Shown: positions 14,058 through 26,171 of the stretch, piece after piece | How the letters are laid out: each line of letters starts with the position of its first letter | Position numbering within the stretch: position 1 is the stretch's first letter | From: Diadema antillarum | Lineage: Eukaryota | Assembly: GCF_040938485.1 (NCBI RefSeq) | Contig: NW_027270889.1 | Location: forward strand, 682,001-746,000 | Length of the DNA stretch: 64,000 nucleotides | Direction: 5' to 3' | Made by a program: the position numbers and the translations under genes | Notes under the pieces: generated by a model | The model's database searches: none | What the model was told of the DNA's origin: nothing | Seen by the model: only the letters and a program-made list of their open reading frames with translations

Positions 14058-14118
14058 ATGGGAACCCCTGAGATCAACAAAATGCTGATGATATTATTTG
14101 TGGCGGTCACTGTCGCCG
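14058..14118 (+). CDS. nAChR gene B exon 1 (signal peptide)
   Basis: [20 protein letters not shown] plus G, GTGAGT donor, phase 1. Confidence 0.82.
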
Positions 14119-17100
14119 GTGAGTAGCCCAGTTTTAAACACATTGATTCCAAAATCATGGATCCGGTCATGATTTCGTTGTTTCGCCGTGTCAATCCACT
14201 TTGTATTTCATTGAGTGCGTACTGATAGCTGTAAGAAAACATTCATAATTTTACAATATCGTAGAAACAACATTACTCTTAGAAGCCTACTTGAAGTATA
14301 TGGAGTTTTTAGTTCTGATTATGCACCGAAGCGTTCAGTTAATTCTATTTTTGGCCAGTCAAAATGTCACAAATGATCTGTGATCTCTGAGTTAGAGAAG
14401 AAACAGTTGTAGGAGTAGCAATCTACCGTAGCAGTCTAGGGAATCCACAAAAGTGGTTGTTGATGTACAGCAATAGTTATAATCAAGTATTAAAAGGGGC
14501 CGCTCTTACTGGTGCCGCACAGGAGAGGAAAGGGACATCGATGCTGATAAGACTGATAAAGTATCAGTGAGTGATGGTAGTGTACACTAGTACCACTGAA
14601 CTGAATGATAATAACAATACATGTTATACGATTAATCTGACTGACACCAGTACAAACACACACCAGGTGCTCCAGTTACATGAGTACGGTAATAGTACAT
14701 TGCGTTATGTGACAGAGTACTCAAAGAGTTCCATTCCACTGTAATGTATCAATTCATCTAACATTATAAGATACACACATAAAGCAACACCTATACACTG
14801 CCAACTTGGCAATCCTCACTATCGTAATAATTCTCGTTTTTCATTATGAACATCACCTCAGACGTTATCATTATTTCACCCATATTATCAGATTAATTAT
14901 TTTGTTCATTCGAATTCTCATTTGATTGATACAGCAATCTTTTTTTTAAGCAAAGCAAAACAACCGGTATCTCATACCTCCAAAAGAAAAACGCCAAAAG
15001 ACATATAATAGGCCAGTTTGTAGATTGATAGACAATCCATACACCATCATCATCATCATCATCATTGCCAGGCGAACCGTAATAATGGTCACTTGATGAG
15101 TGTGGTCTTCTTTTTCAGGCGTGTCCGGCCAAAGCTCCGATACCTACCGCCTTATCACATCTCTGATGTCGAACTACTCGAAGGATATCCGGCCCGTCGT
15201 GCGATCGTCACAGTCCATCGTCGTCCGGTACGGCGTGGCCATTCAGCAGATCATCGACTTGGTCAGCAACTGCATTACATAACTTTCAAATATAAGCCGA
15301 ATTATTCAAAAAAAAAATATATATGTATATAAAGACCAATATTCAAAAGAGTGTCTATGCACTGTATATATTGATGGCTGGTTCTAGATCTATGTGTCCT
15401 CAATTCTGTAAGGCTCGGTGTTAACAAAGACGCATAGTGATAAAAGCAATGAGATGTATAATAATCAACGTAAGGTCATTGTTGCAAATCGTTTTATCTC
15501 TGCCATACACAGTCAATGCTTTCAAAATCTTCGTCTCAACTTCGGGGCTATATTATAATTATTATGACAACTGTATGTTTTGAACCTTTCTGACATTGTG
15601 TATGAATTATCGGATCTTTAAAAGGGGTGGTAAGCGATGTAGGCAAACAGGGAAATGAAATAAAAAAACAAAAAGAAGAAGAAGAGACCTATATCCCCTA
15701 ATCCAACGCCTTACATCAATAAAGATTTAAGCTCCGTTTTGGGAAAATTAACCCAGATTCCTAAATAAATCACCCCTAAACTTTTAAGCCGATCGATTTG
15801 AGTTTCTCATCCATACATTTTTCTTTCCTTCCAGGACGAAGTCAACCAGATAATAACAACCAACGTTTGGCTTCGCCAGGTAAGAGTTCAGAACCATGGC
15901 AAATGTTGTAGGTTCTAACAGAAAAAAAGAGAAAAGAAAACAAGTCTTCAGTTTATCTCTATATAGAAGCGTTGAAAACGAGGGAAATTTGATGATGTAT
16001 ATAATATTGTGTGTACTTTATTTATTGATATTATAATTTGCTGACTCTCTCACCGTTGTTACCATTTACCTTATCTCATCTTCCTGACTTGACGGAGGTC
16101 GCAGTGCATATGACTAAGGATAATAAATTGTTTTACTGCACGGTTTTAGTTTCCTATGCCTTTATCATAACAAATTTCCACCTTTATATAAGTGTTCATT
16201 ATCATCTCTTTAATTGCTGTATCTATTTCTCTACATGTATTCTTTCTCAGTCTCTATCTATCTACACACGGTAAACGCGGCTCAGTGAATAGTGGCTGTA
16301 GGTTATAACATTGTTTGATTAGTCTGAATTTGCACTTTTTTCACTTTAGAATAATTGCTGTTCATAATGATGACGTCTAGTGACATATTACGTTTTGAGT
16401 TATCCATGTATTACAAGCCCCGCTTTTACTTGACCACTCTTTTTTATAATTACTTTTCTGTCGACCTTTCAAAGTATGCATCGTCGTTTTTGATAAATTT
16501 ACATAATTGCACATCTTTTTATATATAATATATGTGTTAGTTATACTTTACTATCCCATTGCTTTTTTTTTCCAAAATGTATATTGTTCAAACAATATGA
16601 TTATGTAATGCATGCTTTGTATTTTGTTAATTGAATATGTCTATAATCTATCTTCCTTTATCCCCCTCTCTTCGCAGCACTGGTCTGACTGGAACTTGCG
16701 ATGGGAACCCAATGAATACGGCGGGATCCGCAAGCTTACCCTGCCCTCAACCGACATCTGGAAACCAGACATTATTCTCTACAATAAGTAAGGTCACGTG
16801 ATGAGTGTGTGCAGGGATAGTTACGTAACGGCATTTCTGATTGTGGTTTCCCGCCATTCATTGTCCCGATTTCATAGTTTTATTACAAGATGACCGAATG
16901 ATAATGATGATGAAAAGGAGGCTGTCAAATATACTTGGAAACTGGGTTTTAACGTTTATTATTGTTATTGTTCATTTCCATCTGTGAAGATGGCTGGATA
17001 GCCCATATTCAGCTACACTAAACTGGTCTTCCATGGGGTCTAGTTGGATGTGAGGTGGGACCACTTCACCAGGTTAAACACCCTGCTCTTTGCGGTGAAT

Positions 17101-20100
17101 GAATGAAGCGGGATCTTTTACTTGCATGAGTTGTGACTCTCTCAAACACGGGACCTCTATTTTATGTCCTATCCGAGGGACAGAGTGTTTTGCCTCTTGC
17201 TAGAGGGGACGGTATGATTACACACAACATTGCTCAGTTCAGACTCGGGTTCGAAGCCGGGCCCTTAGGATCGTGAGACAGACGCGCTACCGACTGAGCC
17301 AACTCACCGCCCCATTAAGAGTACTCTACAGAGAAAATGAAATATAACACAAATCAACCTGCACGATAATTATTCGGAAGGAATCTGATATGAAAAATTA
17401 GTCAAAGTCACTTAGTCAAGTTGTGTTCAGGCGGGAATGCTGTTGCATTTGTAACAACGATAGAACCATAAATTATTTATATAGCATATAGCATATCACT
17501 TCAGTCTCTCAAGAAAAAGAAATGACAAAATTGGTGCAGATTTACACCGAGTTCTCTTCTTAAGCAGGAAAAACAAAACCTTAAATAGATCAGATTTCAG
17601 AACTTACGTAAGTATATCCAACAAATCTGCATTTTCATTGTAGTGGAGTGTATAGTCGAATTCATCCATAGTTTTGTAGATGCAACTTGAAATGAACGTA
17701 ACCCATAGATTTTGATCTAATCTGTGGAGAAACCAAAAGTGACTTGATTCTTATACCTCTTAAACCTCTGCTATAGGCTTGTAGTCATGAATAAAATCTT
17801 ATAGGCAGACTGGGACAGAACCGTTCAAGCGTTTGGATGAGATGTAATTTCTTTTTAGTTGTTTTAGCGCTTGAGTTCTGCTATTTTTTAAGCCTATTGT
17901 TTTCTTTTGTCATCACTATCATTCATCTGTTAATACATTCATTTGTATTGTTTTGTCATGGTTTGTTTTTTGCTAGTGCTGACGACACATTCGAAGGCAT
18001 AATGAAGACGAATGCGGAAATTTCATACGACGGCAGCGTGACGTGGAACGCGCCGGCCATTTTCAAGAGCTCCTGCAAGATCGCCATCAACTACTTCCCA
18101 TTCGATGTGCAGCGATGCACGCTTCAGTTCGGCTCGTGGGCCTACACCACGCAGCACCTAAACCTCATGAATCGGTCGGCAGCGGGGGATCGCAGCAACT
18201 TCATCATCAACGGCGAGTGGCGGCTGGAGGCGTTTCCGGTTATCCGAACGCTCTACCAATACGCCTGCTGCCAGTACCCGTTCTCTATCCTCGATTTCGT
18301 CATCACTATCCGACGCAGGTTAGTCCTACTCAGTCACATTACTAGTCTAGCTCTGGACCCTTTTCGTCGATTTTTTTTTTTCGCTGATTATACGCATCAA
18401 GCCGAGTGAGCTCTGGGCGCGATCCCGAGAACTGCGCGACAGAGGAAAAAGGCCTTTTTTCTCGGTCGCGCAGTTCTCGGGATCGCGCCATCACTCGGCC
18501 CAAAGCGTATAGTGGGCGAAAAAAGAATCGATAAAAAGGGTCCAGAACTAGACTATCGCATTACCCGATGGCGCCCTTTTGATACCTCGCCATATGCTGT
18601 CTAATGTACGATTCGATTGTGATTCGACGTGCTTTTAGTCTGTTTCTCTTTTTTTGTGTGTACAGTTTAAAACTGACCAGTGAAAAGACGAGCTATCCGT
18701 ATATTAAGAAGCTTTCAGGAAAAGAAAAATCCTCCAGATTGCAATGATCCCTTAACGGCATATTTCTTTTTCGCTCTCTCTTTCTTTAGTCACAAGTTTT
18801 TCAACAAAGAATGCAGTCGGCATTCATGCATCTGTTTATGATGTGCTTAGTGTTAACGAATATTTTGAAGACATTTTCTCGCAGCGCAAAGATTAAAAAA
18901 AAGATACACCAAACAAAATTAAAAAAACGATATTTCAAGTTGGTAATTCGCCAAATCATTCGTTACAAGTTTTGCTAAACCCTATACTCGAGATATCGAT
19001 AAAGAGAGATATTTGGGGCCACGACAACTGTAAAATTATCGTGTCACCGTGGTTTCGGGTATACGAGGTCCCGCATGACGCATGCGCAAATCTTTACTCA
19101 TATATCATCACATCGAGTTTAACTCAAAGAACATTAAAGATAGGCAATCCCTTTTGCATGCAAATTTTTTGAAAATTTGGTGAGAACATTTAGGTATTGA
19201 AGAAAACAATATTTGGAAACATCCTGTAAATTTTGAACTCAAGAGGGTCTTAATTTATTTAGTTAAATCGACCGTTAAGATTCGAATAATCATTTCGTAC
19301 TACGAGAAAATTACAAATCTAAACTACTAGACTAGTTTTACAGACCTGTGTGATGCACTTATGTAGTTCATGTAAGTGATATGTTGTTATTTGCCATAGA
19401 TAATAAAGTGAAAGAAGCTAGTGAATTCTTCCTTTCTGACAGCTTTTGGCATGCATATCTTTTGATCGAAGTAATAGTATCATATTACAACCACAGGATT
19501 ATTAGTATATGCAGCTGTGCCTCGTACACAGAATACGTTACGGTGAGCATTTGGTGCATTATTTGAATTTTAAGAGCTAACAACCTTCAATTATCACAGA
19601 AATGTTATAGCTTTACAATATATAGTCTTGTCATTCTGGTGGAATATATCATGTTCTGTGGTATTTGGGAAGGAATACAAAACGGATGGCCCATCTTTAA
19701 TGTCTATACGTGTTGGAGGCAAAGTTAAGTATAAAAAAAATGCAATTATTCGTGCATAGTCTATCATAATAAGCCAGTTCGGAGTTAGCTCATGGGCACA
19801 TTGGTCCGAATGACCTTTCTTTTTTCTCAGTCGGTTAAGGGGCTCTTCACTCGTTTTCAGAGCGACATAATGCATAAGCTTTACGCAACGATTTATGGTA
19901 TTCATCAATCCTGCTTAAACAAAGAATGAACTCGCATAGACCAGATGGCCAGAATGATCCGTCAATTAACACTTAATTGGGAAAGCATCCATTCCATTAT
20001 CTTACATTGAATGTAAGACCAACCTCGATCTATCGATATTGCCAAATAGCACTTTTGCTGTCAGGTGGATGTGCTGGCAAGCAGCATTTATAAGGATTAC

Positions 20101-22509
20101 ATGAATAATCATTATACATAATAATACATCACAGACGCTTATCCCAGTGACTTTAAAAACCAACGTGCCTGTTGGTCCGAATGACCTTTTTCTGCTCATG
20201 AGCAGAGTGGAACTCCGAACTGGCTTATTATTAATGACCCTGAGATGTTGTCGATTCGCCATGATACCATTGAATTTGAATATGTAGTACTTCGTTTTGC
20301 TTTACTTTTTTATTTTGAATATTGCGATCTAATGATTTTGATGGGATTTTTTTTTGTCAATTCATTATATCGCATTTACTCTTCTTATGAAAATAATATG
20401 AGAATCAATTCAATTCAATTCAATTCAATTCAATTTAGTTCAGTTTAAATCAATTTAAGTTTTGTCATTTCTTCTGTCTTCAGGAACTAGTACACTTAGT
20501 ATTCTAATTTCCTTTGAATCTCTTCTCCTTCGTCTTCTCCATGTGGCAGATCTCTATTCTACGTACTGAACATGTTGGTTCCGTGTATCCTGGTGTCGGC
20601 TCTGACCCTGCTTAGCTTCTACCTCCCCGCCGACGCTGCGGAGAAGATCACCCTCTGTATCACCATCCTCCTCTCGCTCACTGTCTTCCTCCTGCTCGCT
20701 GCCGAGACCATGCCGCCGACCTCCGAAGTCGTTCCCCTCATATGTGAGTAACAATTATTATCCGGCACATGCCCTGGAAGAGGGTAAAGAGGGATAAATA
20801 CTGTGGCCAGCAAAGTAGTCGAGTGCACCAGCTCATCACGAAACCGAATGAATGTTTTAAAAGAAATTAGATTTCATCAGAATTTTTATCAATTTTGGAT
20901 TTTCTTCTCATTTATGTTGTGTCTACAATCTACCCATCATGTTTTATTTTCTAGTGTAAAGAAGTCTGATCGAAGACTTGTAAGTCTAATATAACCACCT
21001 ACTAACCTTTTTTTTTTTGCAATTTTTGTAAGAAAATGTAAAGATAGATTATGTTAGAAAGTCTCATGTATACACACGGACACACAGGAGGATTGTCGAG
21101 ACTAATGTCCATTGAGCATGAGAAGAAAAACAAAACGAAAATAGTAAAGGAATGACTATTAACTTGAAAAAAAAAATGATTCGAATCAGTAAATGCTCGT
21201 CGGCAACTACAGGGCTGACGACTTTAAGTCCCTCAGAAGGACTAGACGATAAGAATACACTGCCTTGCGTAGGAGTACAAATGGAGCCCACAGGAGGTGT
21301 TAATAGTCCGAGGTCTCATCCAATGAGACATATCATTGTAACGAATAAAGACTTAAACAATTATATTATTCAAAAACCTCCCACCATGCCCACGATTATG
21401 AATTTGATATATTCGTACATTAAATTCTTATAAGTGAAATGATATTGTGACATGTCCTAAAATGAAATACTCTCCATGCCTCCACAAGCATAGTGAGTTA
21501 AGATGAAATGATTCTTTCTCTAATTGAAATTTTTCACATTTTAGATTATGACTCATAATTTTTCATGTTCAGTACACAGTCGAGATGTAGCCCAGCCTCG
21601 ACTCTGCCGCAATATGCCTTTCATTATAATTACTGCGTTTCCCATTCGATTCCTCGACAGCCAAGTACTACATAGCGACTGTCGTGTTGGTGTCCGTCTC
21701 CACCCTATTCACTGTCATCGTTCTCTACATCAACCACCGAGGGACCTACACGGGAAGGGCGCCCTCATGGTTGAGGCGTCTGACACTCCATTACTTGGCC
21801 AGGCTCATGTGGATGAAGGGATGTGACGATGACGAAGATAACCTGAAAGAGGTACCTTACCTTGAGGCCAGATAAAAAGTTGTTCAGGAACTTTTCATTT
21901 CACTGAAATAGCGAAATAGATAAACGTTAAATACGATAAACACGTGATGTGAATGCATGATAGATAAATTAAATATTATGAATATAATGATTAATTCAAG
22001 GACATGCTTGGAAATATATATTTGAATATGTCAATGGTTAATTTTTCTAGGCATATTAGATGAGTAACATTTATTCGTGTATGCATCATGACATTGTCTA
22101 AATTTCAGATAATTGCTGTTGTAAGCATAATGAAAACTTATTGCAGGAGCTGTCACATAAGGCACTGTGCAGTTCGTATGTGTTTGAATGCCGGAATGAT
22201 GTGTTTCTATAATCGTGACATTGTTTACTTATACTCAATTATAAGGATTATGCTTTAAAACATTTTCAGAACACACTCAAGAACCCAAGTGAGCCGAACT
22301 TACTCAAAAGCGTATTTTCAGTCCTACTAATATCGACTTTCTAGACCTTGTGGATTTTGTGATGCAAGGCTCACATTCTTTTTGTGTGTATATTGTTTTT
22401 TTCTCTAAAGATCATATACATAGGTGTATCGCCCAAATGCACATAAAACAGCAAAGATTAACAAATAGTACGCACGTTTATTGTCCTACAAATTTAAGTA
22501 TTGGTTGAC

Positions 22510-22549
<40 letters not shown>

Positions 22550-22977
22550 TTTTTTTTTTTTGTATAACACACTCTTCCATCCTGCACTCTTCTTATATAC
22601 CGGTTCATTTTTATCCATTGAAGATTCCACGTATCAGCTTTGAGAATGCATCAGCTATGGATAAGGGCGTGTCCGACCAGGGGCGCTACAGCGGAGCGCC
22701 CCTCGAGCTCGATGTCGCAAACCTAGAGCGTGACGTCCTGCCCATCGACAACAATGACGTCTGCGCTGACCGCCGCGGACGAATCCATTCCCTGGTGAAC
22801 GAGATCGCCGACAACCTCCAGGAAATCACCGAGCGGTCCGAAGCCGAGGTCTTGGACGAGGCAATCAAGGAGGAGTGGGTTCGAATCGCCTTCGTGGTCG
22901 ATCGCCTCTTCATGTGGATTTTCGGCCTGACTACCGTCTTGGCTACCTGCAGTATTCTGTTCCAAGTGGATGAATAG
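14058..22977 (+). CDS. Nicotinic acetylcholine receptor alpha subunit, alpha9/10-like (gene B), 8 exons, 479 aa
   Basis: Exons 14058-14118, 15119-15261, 15835-15879, 16678-16787, 17977-18318, 20550-20743, 21661-21851 and 22624-22977 are all GT-AG and phase-compatible (1440 nt total). Motifs: Cys-loop [21 protein letters not shown], loop [10 protein letters not shown]2 [20 protein letters not shown]4 DRLFMWIF. Confidence 0.93.
15119..15261 (+). CDS. nAChR gene B exon 2
   Basis: 143 nt, [26 protein letters not shown]...AIQQIIDL; tttcAG and GTCAGC boundaries. Confidence 0.92.
15835..15879 (+). CDS. nAChR gene B exon 3 (45 nt)
   Basis: [15 protein letters not shown]; ttccAG and GTAAGA boundaries. 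Confidence 0.92.
16678..16787 (+). CDS. nAChR gene B exon 4 (110 nt, loop A)
   Basis: [37 protein letters not shown]; cgcAG and GTAAGG boundaries. Confidence 0.92.
16955..17313 (-). mobile_element. tRNA-derived SINE with a Deu-domain-like (DeuSINE-type) core
   Basis: Minus-strand head GGGGCGGTGAGTTGGCTCAGTCGGTAGCGCG carries a Pol III A box (TGGCTCAGTCGG) and B box (GCTTCGAACCC). The core CGGATAGGACATAAAATAGAGGTCCCGT...GTAAAAGATCCC...AAGAGCAGGGTG resembles the Deu domain as recalled. The 3' tail is a short AAT/AAC repeat. Confidence 0.8.
17977..18318 (+). CDS. nAChR gene B exon 5 (Cys-loop, loops B/C)
   Basis: 342 nt within ORF 17837..18409; tgctAG and GTTAGT boundaries. Confidence 0.93.
18343..18555. 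mobile_element. Palindromic (fold-back) MITE-like element
   Basis: Termini TAGTCTAGCTCTGGACCCTTTT and AAAAGGGTCCAGAACTAGACTA; internal arms GCGCGATCCCGAGAACTGCGCGAC and GTCGCGCAGTTCTCGGGATCGCGC; TA at both ends. Confidence 0.8.
19766..20231. mobile_element. MITE with perfect 21-bp TIRs
   Basis: ATAATAAGCCAGTTCGGAGTT at 19766 and its exact reverse complement ending at 20231; internal direct repeat TTGGTCCGAATGACCTTT occurs twice. Confidence 0.7.
20550..20743 (+). CDS. nAChR gene B exon 6 (M1, M2)
   Basis: 194 nt, [16 protein letters not shown]...TSEVVPLI; ggcAG and GTGAGT boundaries; not in the ORF track. Confidence 0.92.
21661..21851 (+). CDS. nAChR gene B exon 7 (M3, MX)
   Basis: 191 nt, (S)[26 protein letters not shown]...DNLKE; gacAG and GTACCT boundaries. 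Confidence 0.9.
22624..22977 (+). CDS. nAChR gene B exon 8 (loop, MA, M4, stop)
   Basis: 354 nt, IPRISFEN...[35 protein letters not shown]. Confidence 0.9.
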   Translation: MPRISFENASAMDKGVSDQGRYSGAPLELDVANLERDVLPIDNNDVCADRRGRIHSLVNEIADNLQEITERSEAEVLDEAIKEEWVRIAFVVDRLFMWIFGLTTVLATCSILFQVDE

Positions 22978-24703
22978 CTATACCACCACAGAACGGTCTA
23001 ATCGACTACCGGTAGCCGCTCTGGTGTTTATAGTAACAATGTTCTTCAAGACCGAGGGCCCCGCCGCTATTATCAGCCGAACATTGTCAATATTAACTCT
23101 TTCATGCCAGACAGATTGCTGCTCTATGGGGTTTGTGTGTGTTAAATAGAGTAAATTTGTTACTTTGGCAAAGCTTAGAGCTGATACCCATCTAAGTAAA
23201 GAGGTAGAGCGGGACATTGTGTTCTTAAACATCGCAGTGTTTGAACGAGGAACAATAAACTGGGTACAGGTGGATGCATCTGATAAATGCTTTCGCACCC
23301 ACTGGCGCTGTATATGTAATCATAATTTAAAAATAATTTGCTGACTAAGAGAAAGCGTTTTTTACGAACGATTTTTTCGGTCTTAGATAAACCTATCCAA
23401 GCTGGTGGATTGGGGAAAATGAATCAGGTTAGGCATTAGGAATTGGCGCAGCACCATTTTTTTTTCTAGGAAATTTGAGGATTTAAAACATGGCATTGTC
23501 TTTTTTCATGACTTGTACAGCATTACTTTGTTTTTTTACCAACACGCGTACAGGAAACCGTCAAATACTCTTGGCAGGAAATTCTCTGATTTTTGTCATC
23601 ATGTGACGATGTTAGCTGCTCATAAGCAATGTATAAAACAGGAGCAAAATAATTTGTATTATTCGTTTCTATGCTGTCTTCTATAAACATGATAAAAATG
23701 TTTTGCAAAGGAATACGCCAAAACAGGCACTATCAGGAGCAGCACTTACAACGACTTTCATCTTTATGTCAGAGATGGGCACAAAATGATAATCAAATGG
23801 AGGGGCAAGGAATATTGTATGTATGCCAGGCATTTTTTACCTGCCAGCAAATCTCAACTAGGTGAAAAAAAGATGCTTTGTCTTATTGTCTGTGTGTATA
23901 GATTGTATTTTAACTTATAATGATAATGTACATAATAATCTGTTATTAATCTCACGGCAAATAACGATTTTCAATTTGCTAGAAGAGTTAACTTCTTAGA
24001 TAATGTTTATTTCTTTGAATACCCAATTACAAAATGTGCATATAACATGTTTAGACATATTATTCCTGTGAAGGTGAAAAAAAAAAATCATTCTATCTGG
24101 ACTTACTGTTATTATTTTCCGAGGACAGTTTCACGTCCGATCCTGAAATCTTTGTCAGCTTGTCTGCTTTGATGGCGGAAAAACGTCGGCGTAAACACAT
24201 TGTCAATGTTATTGTATGGAGGATGCAACGATTCAATTTTGTACCTTTATTGAACGTTGCCTGGGTGAATCAGAACTTACATCAATTGTGTTATTCCTCT
24301 GCAAAGCTTGGTGTATCCAAATCAGATTCAGACTTAGCATATTTATTACACGTTAAAGAAGATCCCTTTCACTACAAGATTAATTGAAAATTGAACGGCT
24401 TCTTTTGCTCTCAATTGTGAGTTTGGATGCATCGTTGTAATTATAGACAGTTCAGAAAACCGGTATTAAAGATCGCTTGATTGAGTCTAACACTTATATT
24501 GTTGAATCAGTTTCCGTAATAGTTAAGAAAGTTATTGTGGCATTCTCCTCCTATCATCCCACTGCTGGAAAATAACATAAACTTGTTCTAAGCACTGTAA
24601 CTTAAAATGATTTTTTTCGCACATTGTCATTGTTGTTTTTCGTACTGCTTCTTTCGGTTACGTCACCAATATCACACACATATACACACGTACACACTCA
24701 CAC

Positions 24704-24740
<37 letters not shown>

Positions 24741-25980
24741 AAGATATTATATAATAATTGTATAAGATACATACGATTTATATAATAGGCCTATCAATAT
24801 AATAATCGTGTATAATTTATACATATATTTATAAAAGTGTTTATATGTGATATTATATAGATATCATAATATNNNNNNNNNNNNNNNNNNNNNNNNNNNN
24901 NNNNNNNNNNNNNNNNNNNNNNNNNNNNNNNNNNNNNNNNNNNNNNNNNNNNNNNNNNNNNNNNNNNNNNNNNNNNNNNNNNNNNNNNNNNNNNNNNNNN
25001 NNNNNNNNNNNNNNNNNNNNNNNNNNNAAAAATAAAGTTTACACATATGTGCGTGAATGGCACCTTGGCATGATTTTAACATCCAAAGTAACCCTTGCAT
25101 TGAAAACACTTTTCTTGAAGACGGCCTTGCCATGATCACCCGCTATCTAACCTATTTTATACCACCCATGCTTCCACGAAGGAATAGTGCATTTGTGTCT
25201 GTTTTTCTTTGCTGTGGCGTCCAAACATCTTCATCATTATTGACACTTGAGAGTGAGTCACTTTTTGAAAACAGGCGTTGTTGTTTTCCTTGTATGTTAA
25301 AGCCCGACCCCCCGAGAAGGAAGAGCAATATGTAAACACGAAAATCAACGGGCCCTGCCAATTTTGATACCCATGGGCTGAAGGAGTCAACAAAAGGCAC
25401 CCTCCTCCTCCTGAGCTGCTGTGGGCAAGTCACACGGGGAAGAAAATGGAAACATTTCTGTGGCTTCTGACAAGGTGATAAGAGTTTTGGAGGACAACAA
25501 CAAAAAAAAGAGCCGGAAATAGTATTACCCCGGCTCCTAATGGACCTAACTGTGGACTGTTCTTTCTATACGGTGGAGCGTTTGTATTTGTTTTCGGCCG
25601 TTAGATAAACACACCGAAAAATATCTGTCAGCAATGTGACAATTCTCTAGCTAGTGCATCAACAGCTCAGCAAAAGAAGAAATGGGCAATATATCGCTCG
25701 ATCTTTCTCTTACTATCTCTTACGCACTCGCTCTCATTATTCGTTTCTCCATCTCCATCTCCCCGTCTTTTCCCCTCTCTCTTCCTTACACCTTTTCCTC
25801 TTGCTGCGTCGTTATGTCCTCCTGTTTCTTTCTACATATCTCTTAATTTCTTCTTCCTTTGGTGGTGCAGTAAGAAAAAAAGCGAAACAAAACAAGAGTT
25901 TCCGAAGATAACTCTGAACCAAACGTGAAAATGGAATTTGAAATGCCAGACGCTGTGCATGTGATGTGCTATGTGGGTTC

Positions 25981-26171
25981 CATGACATTTGCTCCTGCGA
26001 TAACTGCGACGATGAAATATCTGCACGCTACGCCAAATATAAATTCTACTCACAAACCTAATCCTAATCCTCACAATAAACTTAAAAGTCTATCACAATC
26101 CTAACCCTAATCCTAATTCCTTGGAGGAAAAAAAAGGCCGGAGAAATATTGTGGCAGGAGCAAATGTCGTG
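25981..26171. mobile_element. Short non-autonomous element with inverted ends and internal telomere-like repeats
   Basis: CATGACATTTGCTCCTGC at 25981 and GCAGGAGCAAATGTCGTG ending at 26171; internal CCTAAT/CCTAAC repeats. Confidence 0.65.

Noticed and set aside
17240-17313. Possible tRNA gene
   Set aside because: A/B boxes are present, but the sequence continues into a SINE body and tail, the B box is imperfect and no full cloverleaf is evident
19030-19055. AAATTATCGTGTCACCGTGG resembling part of the Academ TIR
   Set aside because: A short match with no TAG terminus or partner end; insufficient evidence
5420-22977. Both nAChR CDSs total exactly 1440 nt
   Set aside because: Individual exon lengths differ and compensate; treated as coincidence
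26055-26120. Interstitial telomere or fusion scar
   Set aside because: Repeats are few, degenerate and enclosed by inverted ends, better explained as part of a small mobile element
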